Notes: generated from the sequence alone by a model not told the origin. A stretch of DNA of 64,000 nucleotides from Squalus acanthias (GCA_030390025.1 CM059430.1:73346001-73410000), one strand, 5' to 3'; shown: positions 39,421 through 53,060, counted from the first letter of the stretch. A program made the numbers and translations.

Positions 39421-39921
39421 GTCTAATAAGATCTTGCGGTCCATCATCATGGCATCAAACTGTCACTAAATGATTCCAACACCTTTGGATCAATACCCCT
39501 CTCAATAAGTTCATTCGATTTATCACCCTATGTCATCTTGTTTCACTTTTCCCGGGATAGAAATTTGTGCGATACAATCCATCACAAACGATTTGAGCAC
39601 ATAATCTGGGCTGACACTTCAGAGTAGTACTGAGAAAATCTTGAATGATTGGAGGTGCCCACATGACTGCCCAATGCATTGCAATATTGTGTGACCCAAA
39701 ATACAGATTTCTGCTTCCTTGGCAATGCAGTTAGTTATGCAATCGCTTGGCACAGTGTTGAAATTAATTATTGTTGGAGAACGGGCTTTGGGGTCACGCT
39801 GCACGATCAAAAAAGGGAAGAAGAGGGGCATAGAGAGAGAAGATTAAAACAGATAGCGGCTAACAAAAAGGGAATCCAAAAGTATTTTAGAAGCACATAA
39901 ATAGTAAAAGGTTAGTAATTA

Positions 39922-40372
39922 GTGTCAGCTGTGGCTCAGTTGGTCGCGCACACGCTTTTGATTCAAGAAGGTTGTAGGTCCAAGTCTCCAGGGACTTGAG
40001 CACACAAAAAGCTAGGCTGACACTCCAGTACAGAGCTAAGGGAGTGCTGTACTGTCGGAGGTCCCGTCTTTCGGATGAGAAGTTAAACTGAGGCCCGCCT
40101 GATCTCTCAAGTGGATGTAAAAGATCCCATGCCACTATTTCGAAGAAGAGCTAGTGGAGTTATCCACGGTGTCCTGGCCAATATTTATCCCTCAACCAAC
40201 ATAAAAAAAAAAGATTATCTGGTCATTATCACATTGCTGTTTGTGGGAGTTTGCTGTGCGCAAATTTCCCACATTACATCAGTGACTACATCCAAAAGTA
40301 CTTCATTAGCTGTAAAGCGCTTTCAGACGTCCGGTGGTCGTGAAAGTTGCTATATAAATGCAAGTCTTTCTT
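39922..40372 (+). mobile_element. Deu-domain tRNA SINE (SacSINE1-like), well preserved
   Basis: A box TGGCTCAGTTGG, B box-like GGTCCAAGTC, Deu core, and tail gctatataaatgcaagtctttcttt. Confidence 0.82.
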
Positions 40373-40477
40373 TATTTTGCTAAAATGAGATATTCTTGTG
40401 CAGGCAGAGGGCATAGCTGAGGTACTAAATGAGAATTTAGCATGTGACTTTACTGGAGGAGGCAGAAGCGATATTGG

Positions 40478-43297
40478 ATGGGATAGCATAGTAGTTATGT
40501 TACTGGACTAATAATCCAGAGGCCTGGAATAATTATCTTTTAGACGTGAGTTAAAATCCCACCAAGGCAGTTAAATAATTCTGGAATGAAAAGCTAGTAT
40601 CAGTAATGGTGACCATGACGCTATCAGATTTTCGTAAAACCCCAGCTGGTTCACCACGGAAAGAAAACTGCCATGAACCTGTTCTGCTTTATATGTCACT
40701 CCAGACCCACAGCAAAGTAGTTGACCCTTAAGTGCCCTCTGAATATGGCCTAGCAAGCAACTCAATTGCATGAAACCGCAACGAAAAACAATAATCAGAA
40801 TTAAACCGGAAAGACCACCCAGCATTGACCATGGCACTGGCTTCGGACACGACAATGGCACACCCAAACAAGTCAACACTGCAATGTCCACGTCACTAAC
40901 ATCTGGGGATTATTACAAAATTGGGAGAGCTGTTCCACAAACTAGTCAAGCAATAGCCTGACAGAGTCGTACTGACAGAATGATACCTTTCAGCCAATGG
41001 CCCAGACTTCTCCATCACCAGCCCTGGGTATGTCCTGTCCCACCGGCAGGACAGAGCAATGAGACAGAATGTACTTTGAGTGGGGCACTTCAAAGTTCAG
41101 CACAAAGAGTGGCTCGATAGCACCACTTCTGACCGAGCTGGCCAAGTCCTGAAGGAAATAGCTGCCAGACTGGACATGAGGCAGGTGATCAGAGAAGCAA
41201 CACCAGCACGAGACGAAGTCTCGTCTTCATTGATGTCATCGTCCATCGTGTTGTGTGGCATTGCCTCTGTGCTAAATGGGATAGAATAAAAACAGATCTT
41301 GCAGCTCAAAACTGGGCATCCAAGACAAGCTGTGGGCCGTCAAAAGCGGCAGAAATGTGCAGAAGAGCATGCCAACAGAAGCAACAGGCGAAAATATAAC
41401 GTGCAAACCTGTGGAAGCTGCAACAAAGCACTACATGCATGCAGGGGAAGCAACATGCTATAGAGAGAGCCAAACGATCCCACAATCAACGGATCAGATC
41501 AAAGCTCTGCAGTACTATAACATCCAGTTGTGAGTGGTAGAGCACAATTAAACAACTAAGGGGAGGGTGACGCTCCATAAATATCCCCAGGCTCAATGAT
41601 GGCGGAGCCCAGCACGTGAGTGCAAAAGACAAGACAAGGTGTCTGCAACCATCTTCAGCCAGAAGCTCCGAGTGGATGATACATATCGATCTCCTCCTGA
41701 GAACCCCACCATCACAGAAGGCAATCTTCAGCCGCTTCGATTCACTCCAAATGTTATCAAGAAGGGCTGAATGCACTGGATGCAGCAAAGGCTATGGGCC
41801 CGGAGAACATTCCCGCTGTCGTGCTGAAGAATTGTGCTCCAACATTAGCCGCGCCTCAATCAAGCTGCTTCCGAAAAACTACCACACTGGCATCTACCCG
41901 ACAATGTGGATAACTGTGCAGGTATGTCCTGTCCATAAGAGGCAAGGCAAATCCAATCAGGCCAATTACTGCCCCATCAGTCTACTCTCAATTATCAGCA
42001 ACGTGATGGAAGGTGTCCTCGACAGTGATATCAAGCGCACTTTCTCACCAATAACCAACTCCCTGATGCTCAGTTTAGGTTCAGCTAGGAGCACTCAGGT
42101 CCAGAACTCATTACAGCCGTGGTCCAAACATGGGCAAAAGATCTGAATTCCAGAGGTGAGGTGAGAGTGTCTGCCCGTTGACATCAAGGCAGCAATTTGA
42201 TCGAGTGTGGCATCAAGGAGCCGTATTAAAATTGAAGTAAATGGTAATCAGCGGGAATACACTCCATTGGCTGAAGTCATAGCCAGCACAAAGGAAGATG
42301 GTTGTGGTTGTTGGACATAATCTCAGCCCCAGGACATAGCTACAGGATATCCTCAGGGTAGTGTCGTAGGCCGAACCATCTTCAGCTGCTTCATTAACGA
42401 TATTCCCTCCATCATAAGGTCAGAGGTGGGGATGCACGCTGATGATTGTACAGTGTTCAGTTCCATTCGCAACTCCTCAGCAAGACCTGGACGACAATCA
42501 GGCTTGTGCTGATAAGTGGCCAGTAATATTCGTGCCACCCAAGTGCTGGGCAATGGCTATCTCCAACAAGTGTCTAACCACCGAGCACTGACATTCAACG
42601 GTATTACCATCGCCGAATTCCCCACCATCATCACCTTGGAGCGACACCATTGACCAGAAACTTAACTGGATCAGCTATATAAATGCTGTGGCAACAGGAG
42701 CAAGCCAACAGCTGGGTATTCTGCGGCGAGTGTCTCACCTGCTAACTCCCCAAATCATTTCACCATCTACAAGGCACAAGTCAAGAGTGTGATGGATACT
42801 CTCCAATTGCCTGGATGAGTGCAGCTCCACCAACACTCAAGAAGCTAGACACCATCCAGAAAAAAGCAGCCCGCTTGAATGCCACCCCATCCACTACCTT
42901 AAAAAACATTCACTCTCTCCACCACCGGCGCCCCGTGGCTGCAGTGTGCATCATCTACAAGATGCACAGCAGCAATGCGCTACAACTTCTTCTGCAGCAC
43001 CTTCCAAACCATGACCTCAACACCTAGAAGAACAGGGTCTGCAGGTACATGGGAACACCATCACCTGAAAGTACGCCGCCACGTTACACAGCATCCTGAC
43101 TTGGAAATATATCGCCGTTTGTTCAGCTTCACTGTGTTAAAATCCAGGAAATCCCTGCCTAACAGGAGCACCTTCACCGGACGGATTACAGTGGTTAAAG
43201 AAAAGCGGCTCACGACCACCTTATCAAAAGCAATTGGGATGGGCAATAAATGTTGGCCTTGCCAGCGACGCCCACATCACAGGAATGAATAAAAAAA
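40478..43297 (+). mobile_element. tRNA-headed CR1-group LINE with LF-SINE-like ends, copy 2 (both ends present, internal deletions)
   Basis: tRNA-like head, SINE body, APE, RT (NYCPISLLSIIS, IKAA.DRVWH, QGSV.G), and tail gggcaataaatg.tggccttgccagcgacgcccacatc...gaataaaaaaa. Confidence 0.88.
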
Positions 43298-43609
43298 TCC
43301 TCAATAAATATGTTATTTTTAATAACTATTTTAAAACCTCTTAATCCAGGCTAATATTTGCATAAACTCATTTAAAATGTATCAGCCTAATTTTGGCTTC
43401 GGAGATGTTTTATTTAACCCTTATATAGGCCCTAAGCATGCATTTACCAGCCGTCAGATTTGCGTGGTCAATTGCTCGGCAAATAGCCCATTTAAGCGCT
43501 AACAATACTCATTTTCCAGGCGTTTTGAATGCCTTGCCGAGATTTTCAAAGGGAATATGACGGCATGCTGAGAGAGTACGCCGTCGCAGACACAGCACTT
43601 TCAGAGCCA

Positions 43610-44289
43610 ATATGCTTGGGCAGTGTCAACATGGATTTAAGAAAGGCACGTCATCTTTGGCAAAGCTAATGGAGTATTTTGAGGTTATAACTTGCAGGGT
43701 AGATAAGGTGGGGGGGGGGGGGGGGGGCGGGGCGGTTAGTGGTTGTAGTTTTTTTGTTTTTTAAACAGCATTCGACAAGGTGCCACAAAAGAAGTTGTTA
43801 CACAAAATTATGGCTGATGGGATTGAGGGTAATATATTAGCATGGATTGAGGCTTGGTTATCGGACAGCAAACAGAGAGTCGGAATATGTGGATTATTTT
43901 CCGGTAAGCAGCTTATAACTAGTGTGGTACCACAAAGATCAGTGCTTGGCTCTCAGGTATTTACAATCTATAGCAATTAATCAGCTGAGGGGATCGAGTG
44001 TAATGTATCCAAGTTTGCAGATGATACAAATTTAGGTGGAAAGTGACCTGTGAGAAGGACACAAAAAGGCTGCAAAATGGATATAGACAGGTTAAGTGAG
44101 TATCCAAGAGTATGGCAGATGGAATGTCATGTTGAACGTGTGTAGTTATCCAATTTGGTAGGAAAAATAGAAAAGCAGAATATGATTTCAAATGGTGAGA
44201 GACTGCGAAATGATGTTATTCAGATGGAGCTGGGTATCCTTGTACGTTAATCGCAGAAATTTAACATATAGGTACAGCAAGCAATTGGT
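43610..44289 (+). mobile_element. CR1 RT fragment
   Basis: FDKVPQKKLL...VPQRSVLG...KFADDT. Confidence 0.8.
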
Positions 44290-46469
44290 TTGGTCCCCTG
44301 GCTTGATGGTAATGGTAGATTGCGGGATATGCCGGGCCGAGGTTACATATTGTGGTGGAATACAATTATGCTGCTGCTGATGGCCCACAGCGCCTCATGG
44401 ATGCCCAGTTTTGAGCTGCTAGACCTCTTCTGAATCTATCCTATTTAGCATGGTGGTTGTGGCACTCAACAAGATGGAGAATGTCTTCAGTCTGAAGACG
44501 GGACTTCCTCTCCACAAGGACTGTGCGGTCGTCCCTGCTAAAAATGCTGTCATGGACAGATCCATCTGCGAGAGGCAGATTGGTGAGGACGAGGTCAAGT
44601 TTGATATTCCCTAATATTGGTTGTCTCACTACCTGCTGCAAGCCCAGTCTGGCACCTTTGTCCTGCAGGGTTCGTCCGGCTCGGTCAGTAGTGCTGCTAC
44701 AGAGAAACTCTTGGTGATGGACACTGGAGTCCACAAACCAGAGTACGTTCTGGGCCCTTGGTACCCTCAATGGTCATTCCAAGTGGTGTTCAACGTGTTG
44801 AAGTACTGATTCAGCAGCTGATGGAGGACGTTAGGTGGTAATCGGAAAACGGTTTCCTTGCCCATGCTTGACCTGAAACCATGAGACTTACTGGGGTCCT
44901 GAATCAATGTTGATAACACCCAGCACCACTCCATGTCGACTGTATACCAGGGTGCCGCCACCTTTGGTGGGTCTGTCCTGCGGTGGGACAGGACATACGC
45001 AGGGATGGTGATGGAGGAGCTTAGGATATTCGATAAAAGTTATGATTCTCTGAGTATGACTATGTCAGGCTGTTGCTTGACTAGTCTGTGGGACCAATTT
45101 TGGCACAGTCCCCAGATCTTAGTCAGGAGGACTTTGCAGTGTCGACTGGGCTGCGTATGCCATTGTCGTGTCCGACGCCGGTGCCGAGGTCGATGCCGGG
45201 TGGTCCGTCCAGTTTTTATTCTTATTAGAATCATAGAATTACAGAATGATTACAGCACAGAAGGCGCCTATTCGACCCGTCGAAACCGCGCTTGTTCTCT
45301 GCAAGAACTCTTCAGCTAATCACACGACCCCGACCTGTCCCCATAGCCATACATTATTTTCCTTCATGTACTTATCCAATTCCTTTTTGAAAGCCACGAT
45401 TATATATGCCTCCTCCACGCTTTCAGGCAGTGCATTCCAGATCCTAACCACTCGCTGCATAAAAAATGTGACCTCATGTCCCCTTTGGTTCTGCTGCCAA
45501 TCAACTTAAATCTGTGTCCTCATGTTCTCCGGTTTTCTACTTTTCCGACAATGGGAATAGTTTCTCTCCATCTACTCTCTTTAGACCCATAATGATTTTG
45601 AACACTTCTATCAAATCTCCTCTCCACCTTCTCTGCTGTAAGAAGAACAACCCCAGCTCTCCAGTCTATCCACGTAACTGAAGTCGCTCATCCCTGGAAC
45701 CATTTTTGTAATTATTTTCTGCACTCTCTCTAAGGCCTTCACATCCTTCCTACAGTGTAGTGCCCTGAATCGGACACTATAATCCTGTTGAGGCCGAACC
45801 TGTGTTTTATAAAGGTTCATCATAACTTCATTGCTTTTGTAGTCTATGTCTCTATTTTTAAAGCCCAGGATCCTGTATGCTTTTTAACCGCTTTCTCATC
45901 TGCCCTACCACCTTCAATGATTTGTGTACATATACCCATAGGTCCTTCTGTTCCTGCACACCTTTTAGCGTTGTACTCTTTAGTTTAATTTCCTCTCCTC
46001 GTTCTTCCTCCGAAAATGTATTACTTCACACTTTCCTGCGTTACATTTCATTTGCCACGTGACCGCCCATTCCACCAGCCTGTCCATGTGCTCTTGAAGT
46101 CTATCACTATCCTCCTCACTGTTCACTATATTTACACGTCTTGTGTCATCTGCAAATTTTGAAAATTGTGTCATCTGCAAATGTTGAAACTATTATTGTT
46201 TTTCGTAGCAGTTTGTTACAACTGAGTGGCTTGCTCGGCCTTTTCAGAGTGCATTTAAGGGTCAACCAAATTTCTGTGGATCTGGAGTAACATATGATCC
46301 AGACTGGGTAAGGACGGCAGATTTCCTTCCCGAATGGGCAATATTGAACCAGATGGGTTTTCACAACAATCTAATAATTTCTTGATCACCATTACAGTTA
46401 CTAGTTTCTGGATCATTAGCCGAGGCCTCTAGATTACTAGTCAAGTAACATAACCGCCATGCCGTTCCC
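44290..46469 (-). mobile_element. tRNA-headed LINE copy 3 (5' part), interrupted by a CR1
   Basis: Head GGGAACGGC at 46469, SINE body, then APE VLLTKIWGL...QQPDIVIL. Confidence 0.82.
45227..46192 (-). mobile_element. CR1 3' fragment inserted in LINE copy 3
   Basis: SKFADDT and the CR1 tail, TSD TTATT (45222-45226 / 46193-46197), and a 25-bp tandem duplication at its truncated 5' end. Confidence 0.85.
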
Positions 46470-46589
46470 GTTAGTCGAGTTAGTAATTGTTGCAATGAAA
46501 TAACTTATTGTTAAGCAACCTCCATTCTCTTCTGGTTCGCAACAGCATGTTTCGAGTAAGCATGGTTACAGTGTATACTACTTACATAA

Positions 46590-46930
46590 TGCAGTGCAGC
46601 ATCTTGCCAAGGCTTCTTACACAACACCTCCCAAACCCGAGAAATCCACCACATTGTAGGAAACTGCATCAGGCGCATTGCAACACCATCAACTGCTAGG
46701 TCCCCTGCGAATCAGACACCATTCTGCCATGGACATATATTGTCCTTCCTTTTTCTGACTGGTTTAAAATCCTGGAACTCCCTACCATAATAGCATTGAG
46801 AAGGACCTTAACCACACGGTCTGCAGCAGTAATAGAAGAGGAAGGACCACCATCTTCTCAGGGCACTTTGGAATGACAATAAATACTGTTCTTGCCAGTG
46901 ATGGCGACATTCTGAAGATGAATAAAAATA
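46590..46930 (+). mobile_element. 3' end fragment of the tRNA-headed LINE family
   Basis: Homologous to 42960-43297. Confidence 0.7.
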
Positions 46931-47639
46931 AATAAATAACCACTGGTTTATCGTGAGAGTTCTGCAGACCTGAGACAAGCCTGAACAGATAGCCAGCAAT
47001 GGTAAAGTTATCAAGATCATGATCAAAAACTGATAAACCGACCATCCTAAACGTCTATGCAAGTCCACTGCTCTCTCACCGTTTACAAATCTTCAGAAAA
47101 TTCTTCCTTAAATCAAAGTCCGTTTACATTTACTTGTTTTGTTACTGCAGTCTCCATTCCGTGAAGCATTTTGGAAGTTTATATGTAATTAAGCTACATC
47201 TATACAGGTTGCTGCTATTAATGTTGATGTTGTATGGTCTTTCTGCACATGTTGCCATTCACGCCTTCTGTCCCTTGTCCTATGCTTTTATATTGACATG
47301 TACCAGACGGTCTATACCGACGTGTTCCTGCACTTTGCCATTCCTCAATGCAGTAATATCTTGACCATTTTAGAAAGCTTTCTTGCGTCGATCGCCAACC
47401 ACGTAAATCTGTTGAAATCCAATATTTTGACTGTCGCCAATTGTCTCAGTGTGAGAGAGTGAAAAACTATTCGCCCATTGCAATCTCAAGAAACCTCTCT
47501 GATTCCCAACTGACTATCATTCCATTTTCCCCCAGCGATGATCTGGGAAGGTCCATTGACGTATTCATCAGCTCCTATGGTAACTGCTGACCTCTGAACT
47601 CGCCTTCCTGGTCCGCATATTAGCTGATCATGTTAACGG

Positions 47640-49135
47640 TTTGTTTTTCTCAGATACCACCCCCCTCAAATCTGCCGTTTCCTCACTCGTCAAATGTAAC
47701 CACGTTGACCCATTTGACTTTGCCCTCTGCCGTATCATCTCCCAACCCGGTTTCCTCTCCAATGTCATTGATTAGTTCAACATGCCCTTCTGTCTCATAG
47801 CCCCATGTTTCAACCCCTTCAATAAGGTTGCCGGAACAGCACTGAAATGGCCCTCAACAAAGTCACAAATTAAATACTCTGCGACTGAGATTGTGGTAAG
47901 CGATCCCTCTTCATGTTTCTGGACCATTGACACAGTTGATCACACCGTCCTCCTCCAATGCCTCTCGTGCGCTGCTTAGCTAGGTGGGACTGCACTCGCC
48001 TAGTTGCATTCTTATCTATCCTGTCGTAGCCAGTGAAGCACCTGCAAAAGCTTCTCTCACGCTCCTGCACCATTATCTCTGGAGTCCCCCAAGGATCAAT
48101 CCTTGGAGCCCTCCTGTTTCCCATCGTCATGCTACCTCTTCACGACATCATTCAAAAACACATCAGATTCTACATGAATGATGAAGAAACACAGCTCTAC
48201 ATCATTACCACATCACTCGATCACTCGACTTTCTCCAAATTGTCACATGCTTGTCCGAAATCCAGTACTGGATGAGCAGAAATTTCCATTAAACTAAATA
48301 CTGGGAAGACTGCTGCCATTCGGTGCCTGACATAAAATCAGTTTCCAAGCTACCGACTCCATTCCTCTCCCTGGCAAATTTCTGAAGCTCAACCAGAAAT
48401 TTTGCAACCTTGGTATCGTATTTCACCCTGAGAGGAGCTTCTGATCACATATCCACGCCATCAGGGAGATCGCTCACTTCCACCTCTGTAACATCGCCCG
48501 ATTCTGCACATATCTCAGCTCATATGCTGCTGAATAACTTATCCATGCCTTTGTTATCTCTAGACTTCACTATTCCAACGCACCCCTGGCTAGCCTCCCA
48601 TCGCCCACCCTCAATAACGTTGAGCTTATCGAAAAGTCTGCTGCCCATATCCTAACTCGCACTAAGTTCCCTTCATCCATTACCACTTTGCCTGCTGACC
48701 TTCATTGGCTCCTGGTTTAGTAACGGCTCGCTTTCAAAATTATCAGTCATGTCTTCAAATCCCTCCATGGCCTCGCCACTACCTATCTCTTTAACCTCCT
48801 CCAGCACTACAACCCTCCGCGATTTTTGCGCTCCTACAATTCTGGCCTCTTGCTAATCCAGATTTAATTGCTCCACCATCGGCGGATGTGCCTTCAGCTG
48901 CCAAGGCCTTAAACTCTGGAATTCCCTCCCTAATCTTTCCCGCCTCTCTACCTTTCTTTGTTCCTTTAAGACGCTCCTTATAACCTACCTCTTTGAACAC
49001 GCTTTTGGTCATCTGCCCTAATATCAACCTATGCGGCACAGTGTGAAATTTTGTTTTTTAATACTGCTGCGAAGCCCTTGGGACGTTTTACTACGTCAAA
49101 GGCGCTATATAAATATAAGTTGTTGTTGTTCTTCT
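47640..49135 (+). mobile_element. L2-like LINE 3' fragment
   Basis: DTVDHTVLL, SGVPQGSILG, degenerate YADDTQLY, and tail ggcgctatataaat...ttgttgttg. Confidence 0.85.
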
Positions 49136-50499
49136 TCTCTTGTACTGAACCGCTGCAGAGATTAAAGACGATGATTTTAGCGTCAAAATGTTCTTTACTT
49201 GAGAGTGCGGAGAATTATAAATAACGCAAAAAGCACTAAGTATTGTCGGCATTTAGCCTTCCATTCAATTGTAAACGTTCCCCATTGGCTAAACTAGCGA
49301 AATTACACCCAGCATTTTGGAACAATGTGAAAAATGCTTCATCATCTGCATCATTGCCACATGGTGACAGTTATGCGGTAAGACTTCTCAAAAAGGACCA
49401 CCTGCAAATATATGCTTGGTAACATACCCAGCAATAAATACAACACAAAAACATTTTCATTAATCGGCTAGGTCAAAGATCGCCGTGTTTGCTTTCTGGT
49501 GTGTTTCTCTTAAATTTTTAATTTTCTTTTTTGCAACCAGTTTGTGTTGACACAGATTTCTTTCACGGTAAATACGGCCATTAAGTGTGTCCTTCTCTCT
49601 ACCAATGGTGTCCACTTCCTTCCATTTTTCCTTCGAAAGAAATCTGCAAATCTTTGGTTATATGTCTCTGTTGTAACCTGTTATCACTTGGGGTTAACGC
49701 AATCCTCGGTCGCTTTTGTCTCTTGCACTTTCTTTTTCTTCAAATCACCCTGGGAAATGACAGTATCAGCACAGCACATTTAAGATGGGCTCAGATTCTG
49801 AATTTAGCTCCAGGTTTATTACAGAGATTTATTATGCAAGAAACAAGCCGAATAACATAAGCTTGTGTAAAAAGATAGGAGAGAAATTGCAGCCGTTTTA
49901 AAATTTCGCTCTGATTTTGAAACCAGTGAATGTGCGCAGTCTTTGTACTACAGTCTTCAACAGGTATGCAGCATTCAGTTTCATCCCTTTCACCAAAGAC
50001 CGCTTTGGCTCCAGCGCCTTTGCTGTTCAGTGCTTCTCTCTCGGCTCTGCATTTAGATGCATACATTTTTACGTTGGTCTTTGAATTTCATGGAAAACTT
50101 TGCAAATTCGGGTTTATGTTAAAAATCATATTTATGTTGCGAAAATCAGTGTATCTTGCCTGCTCCCATCATTTCCTTTTATTCCACAGATCCCCAATCC
50201 CCCAAATCTCTTCAAACCCACAGTACCCTCGAACGATATATCCTTGCTCCCTTCTCTTATTCTGTATCTACAAGATACTATTTGGCAACTTTATCCACAG
50301 ACGTGGGGACAACTTCCACGTGGAAGCTGACAATAACGAGCAGTGCTTGTCCACCTCATCTTGTCAGCGCTCCAATGCCTGCATCTCGTCATATTGCTTC
50401 TTCATCCGTGTTTCATGAGCAGTAATTTCCTCCAGCTAAAGACCGATCGATGCATGTTTAACGCTATTGGGGTAGATAAACATTATATACAAAATTTTC

Positions 50500-50722
50500 T
50501 GGGCCTGATATTGCGCACGCGGCCGCAGGGGCCGCGCAAGATCCGGGTTTAGGCATGCGAAGCGCATGCGCTACAACCTGGAACTTGCGATATTTCCAGA
50601 ATCTTCTGGACAGATCGCACGCATTCCCGGGAAAAGGGCCTCCGCGGGCGGAGAGTTGGGCTATTTCCCAACGTTTGCCCAGCGAATGCCCGATAAATTC
50701 TTACGTCGATAAAAGCAGGAAT
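50500..50722. mobile_element. Partial Harbinger-MITE end
   Basis: Homologous to 31177-31445 and 38484-38730. Confidence 0.7.
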
Positions 50723-51522
50723 AATGTGAAGCAGTATACCTTATTCGGATAGATTTTCCTCTTCACGGACTGTGCGGAACACGACTGATTTTCATTCCAA
50801 TAAATTCAACAGAATGGATATAAGACCGGTTCTAAAAAGGTGCGATCCTCCCCGACAGATTTTGCCGGCTGCTGGTCCTCTCGGCGAAACTGAAGGGCCC
50901 TCATTTATTTTACTTTTACTGTCGCCATGGCAAGTATATACATAGACCACATTCCCACGATAAATAATATGGATATGTTGATTATCTTCGGTAAAATAAA
51001 TATATGGCTGTTTAACCCGGTAGCTTATTGATTGAACGATGTATGAATTAATGCAGACATACATGACCAAATCTGATGTTAAATAGCTATTCCCACAATC
51101 CTCAGCAAATGGAAATCTATGACAACAAGGCTATATAATGAAGTTATAATTTTGGATTCGTGTTCCGGTGGAGATCAACGAAACAGTAGGGGTAGCCACA
51201 CCTTAACCCCAGCTGTACATGAGTGCGACTGCTAGTTAATTAACGGCAGATGGAGCTCGTAATTCAATCACGTTTGGCGCGGCTACCAATATCTATAAAA
51301 TTATGACTAACTTTCGGTTCCAGTTGAAAACACCTTTGCTTGACCAATACTTTGAATTTCATGATTTTTATTAAAGCAATTCAGTAACAAGACATAGAAA
51401 AATACTTTTCAAACAGCTGTAGACAGTTTATGCAAGGCTCAATAACAAGTGTAAAGATTGGCAAATTATTCAAGTAAGCATTTCACATGTTAAACTTTTT
51501 AAACTTTATTCCGGAAATGTTA

Positions 51523-51696
51523 TCATGAATCAAAGTCTAACGTTTGGCAATATTTCCGAATGGAATTTGAGAACTTTTGAATGACTCTCTTCATTCCAGT
51601 GTCCACATTAGAGGAGCGGATATGGAGATATTTTATCAACATGAACAGACAGAGTGGCGCCTTACAACTATCTGCTACACCGAGTATCACTTTTTT
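51523..51696 (-). CDS. Gene 2 candidate last coding exon
   Basis: Strong acceptor ttttcttttatcagtatttcag|. Phase 0 reads KKVILGVADSCKAPLC...LDFDS*; VADSCKA resembles VTDSCKT of the gene 1 last exon. Confidence 0.45.
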   Translation of the reverse strand, partial: KKVILGVADSCKAPLCLFMLIKYLHIRSSNVDTGMKRVIQKFSNSIRKYCQTLDFDS

Positions 51697-52689
51697 CTGA
51701 AATACTGATAAAAGAAAATGCAAAAAAAAGTTCTCTATTTCCCTCGGCGGACGCTCTCAGTGATCAGCGACTTGATCGGCAGAAGTTCTATTTTCGATTT
51801 ATTTTGTAACATGACTGTGGGTTCCGACCACCCTGTTCTGGTATTTGAACCGAACCTGCCCATACACAATAGGCTCCTCTAGCCCTTTCGGTTTGTTACA
51901 TTTCTTCTGACCGACGAAATCTAGAGCATTGTAAGTCAGTGTTTCTTCAGCTAACCTTTGCAGAATCTATAGTGGTGTTCAGAAATAGTGTTAATATTCT
52001 GTCTTCATTATCCTGCAGCTGGCTACATAAAACAAAGTAGAATATTGCTGCATAGGATAAGGCAAATGCAGTGTTCCAGTATCAACCACAACTTCTCTCT
52101 TCCTCCTGAAGCGGATCCTGAACACACTCCTACACCACAATCCTTAGCCACAGAAGGAAGTAGGGTTGGGAGGGGGAAGGCTGAAAAGGACCCAAGCTTT
52201 ATATATCACTGATCGGCAAAGGATCTGTGTGGAAAACAATTCATGTGTCATAGCTTCTCCATTGTATCTCTACCTAGACATGAAGTGTGGATAGTTCTGC
52301 TAAGTAGCTCTAAGACTAGACCTTCAAAAATGCAGCGCAACGTAGAAGGACCGGTTAATAGTTATAAACAGCAGAAGCTCCCTTTGTCTGTGTGGAGGTA
52401 TCTCTTCTCAGCGCTGTTAGAACTGATGTCAGCGCTCTATATGGCAGCAAATATAACAGCTAGGCTACCTCCGTTTGGACGCTATAAAAGTATTTATAAT
52501 GGGAAATGCACGGGTGTGAATGTTTATTTAACACAGGAAAAAATTCGATTGCGATGTTCTCCCATTCATACTCAATATCTCGTACATGAAGTTTGGCCAC
52601 GCGAATGAGACACCGGAAGGTTCCTTGAATCCACGGATTGAAGGCAGTCAATGCCTTCTGCAGGGAATCAAAAGGGAAGATCAGGTGGA

Positions 52690-53060
52690 AAATTGGTTAA
52701 GGAGATATTTAATCGCGGCTTTCAAGATCATAAAGGGTTTTGTTAGAATAAATAAGGAGAAACTCTTTTCACAGAGAGAATAACTGATAACAGGAGGTCA
52801 CAGATATAAAGTAATTATCAGAAGAGGTGGAGGCGAGATGATGACAAATGTTTTTACGCAGCAAGTTATTATGATCTGGAATGCACTGCCTGAAAGTGGA
52901 AAGTGGAAAGAGATTCAAAAGTAACTTTCAAAACGGAATTGAGTAAATACTTAAAGGGTAGAAAATTGCAGGGCTATGGGGAAAGAGCAGAGGAGTGTGA
53001 CTAGTTATACAGCTCTTTCATAGAGATGACAGAGACACGATGGACCAAATGGCTTCTTTT
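52690..53060 (+). mobile_element. CR1 3' fragment
   Basis: LRRYLIAAFKIIKGF-like C-terminus and the CR1 3' UTR. Confidence 0.75.

Noticed and set aside
39430-39780. Possible additional Harbinger transposase remnant
   Set aside because: Similarity is too degenerate to support by eye.
43709-43735. Poly-G runs (also ~19107-19122) as functional G-quadruplexes
   Set aside because: Simple homopolymer expansions inside dead CR1 copies, possibly inflated by sequencing error.
49930-50425. Overlapping 76-162 aa ORFs in apparently unique sequence
   Set aside because: No recognisable domain or consistent exon chain; composition is typical of non-coding DNA.
52441-52482. Minus-strand exon candidate RPNGGSLAVIFAAI* (ITIM-like with Y to F)
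   Set aside because: No tyrosine, offset from the conserved codon-12 position, and no independent support.
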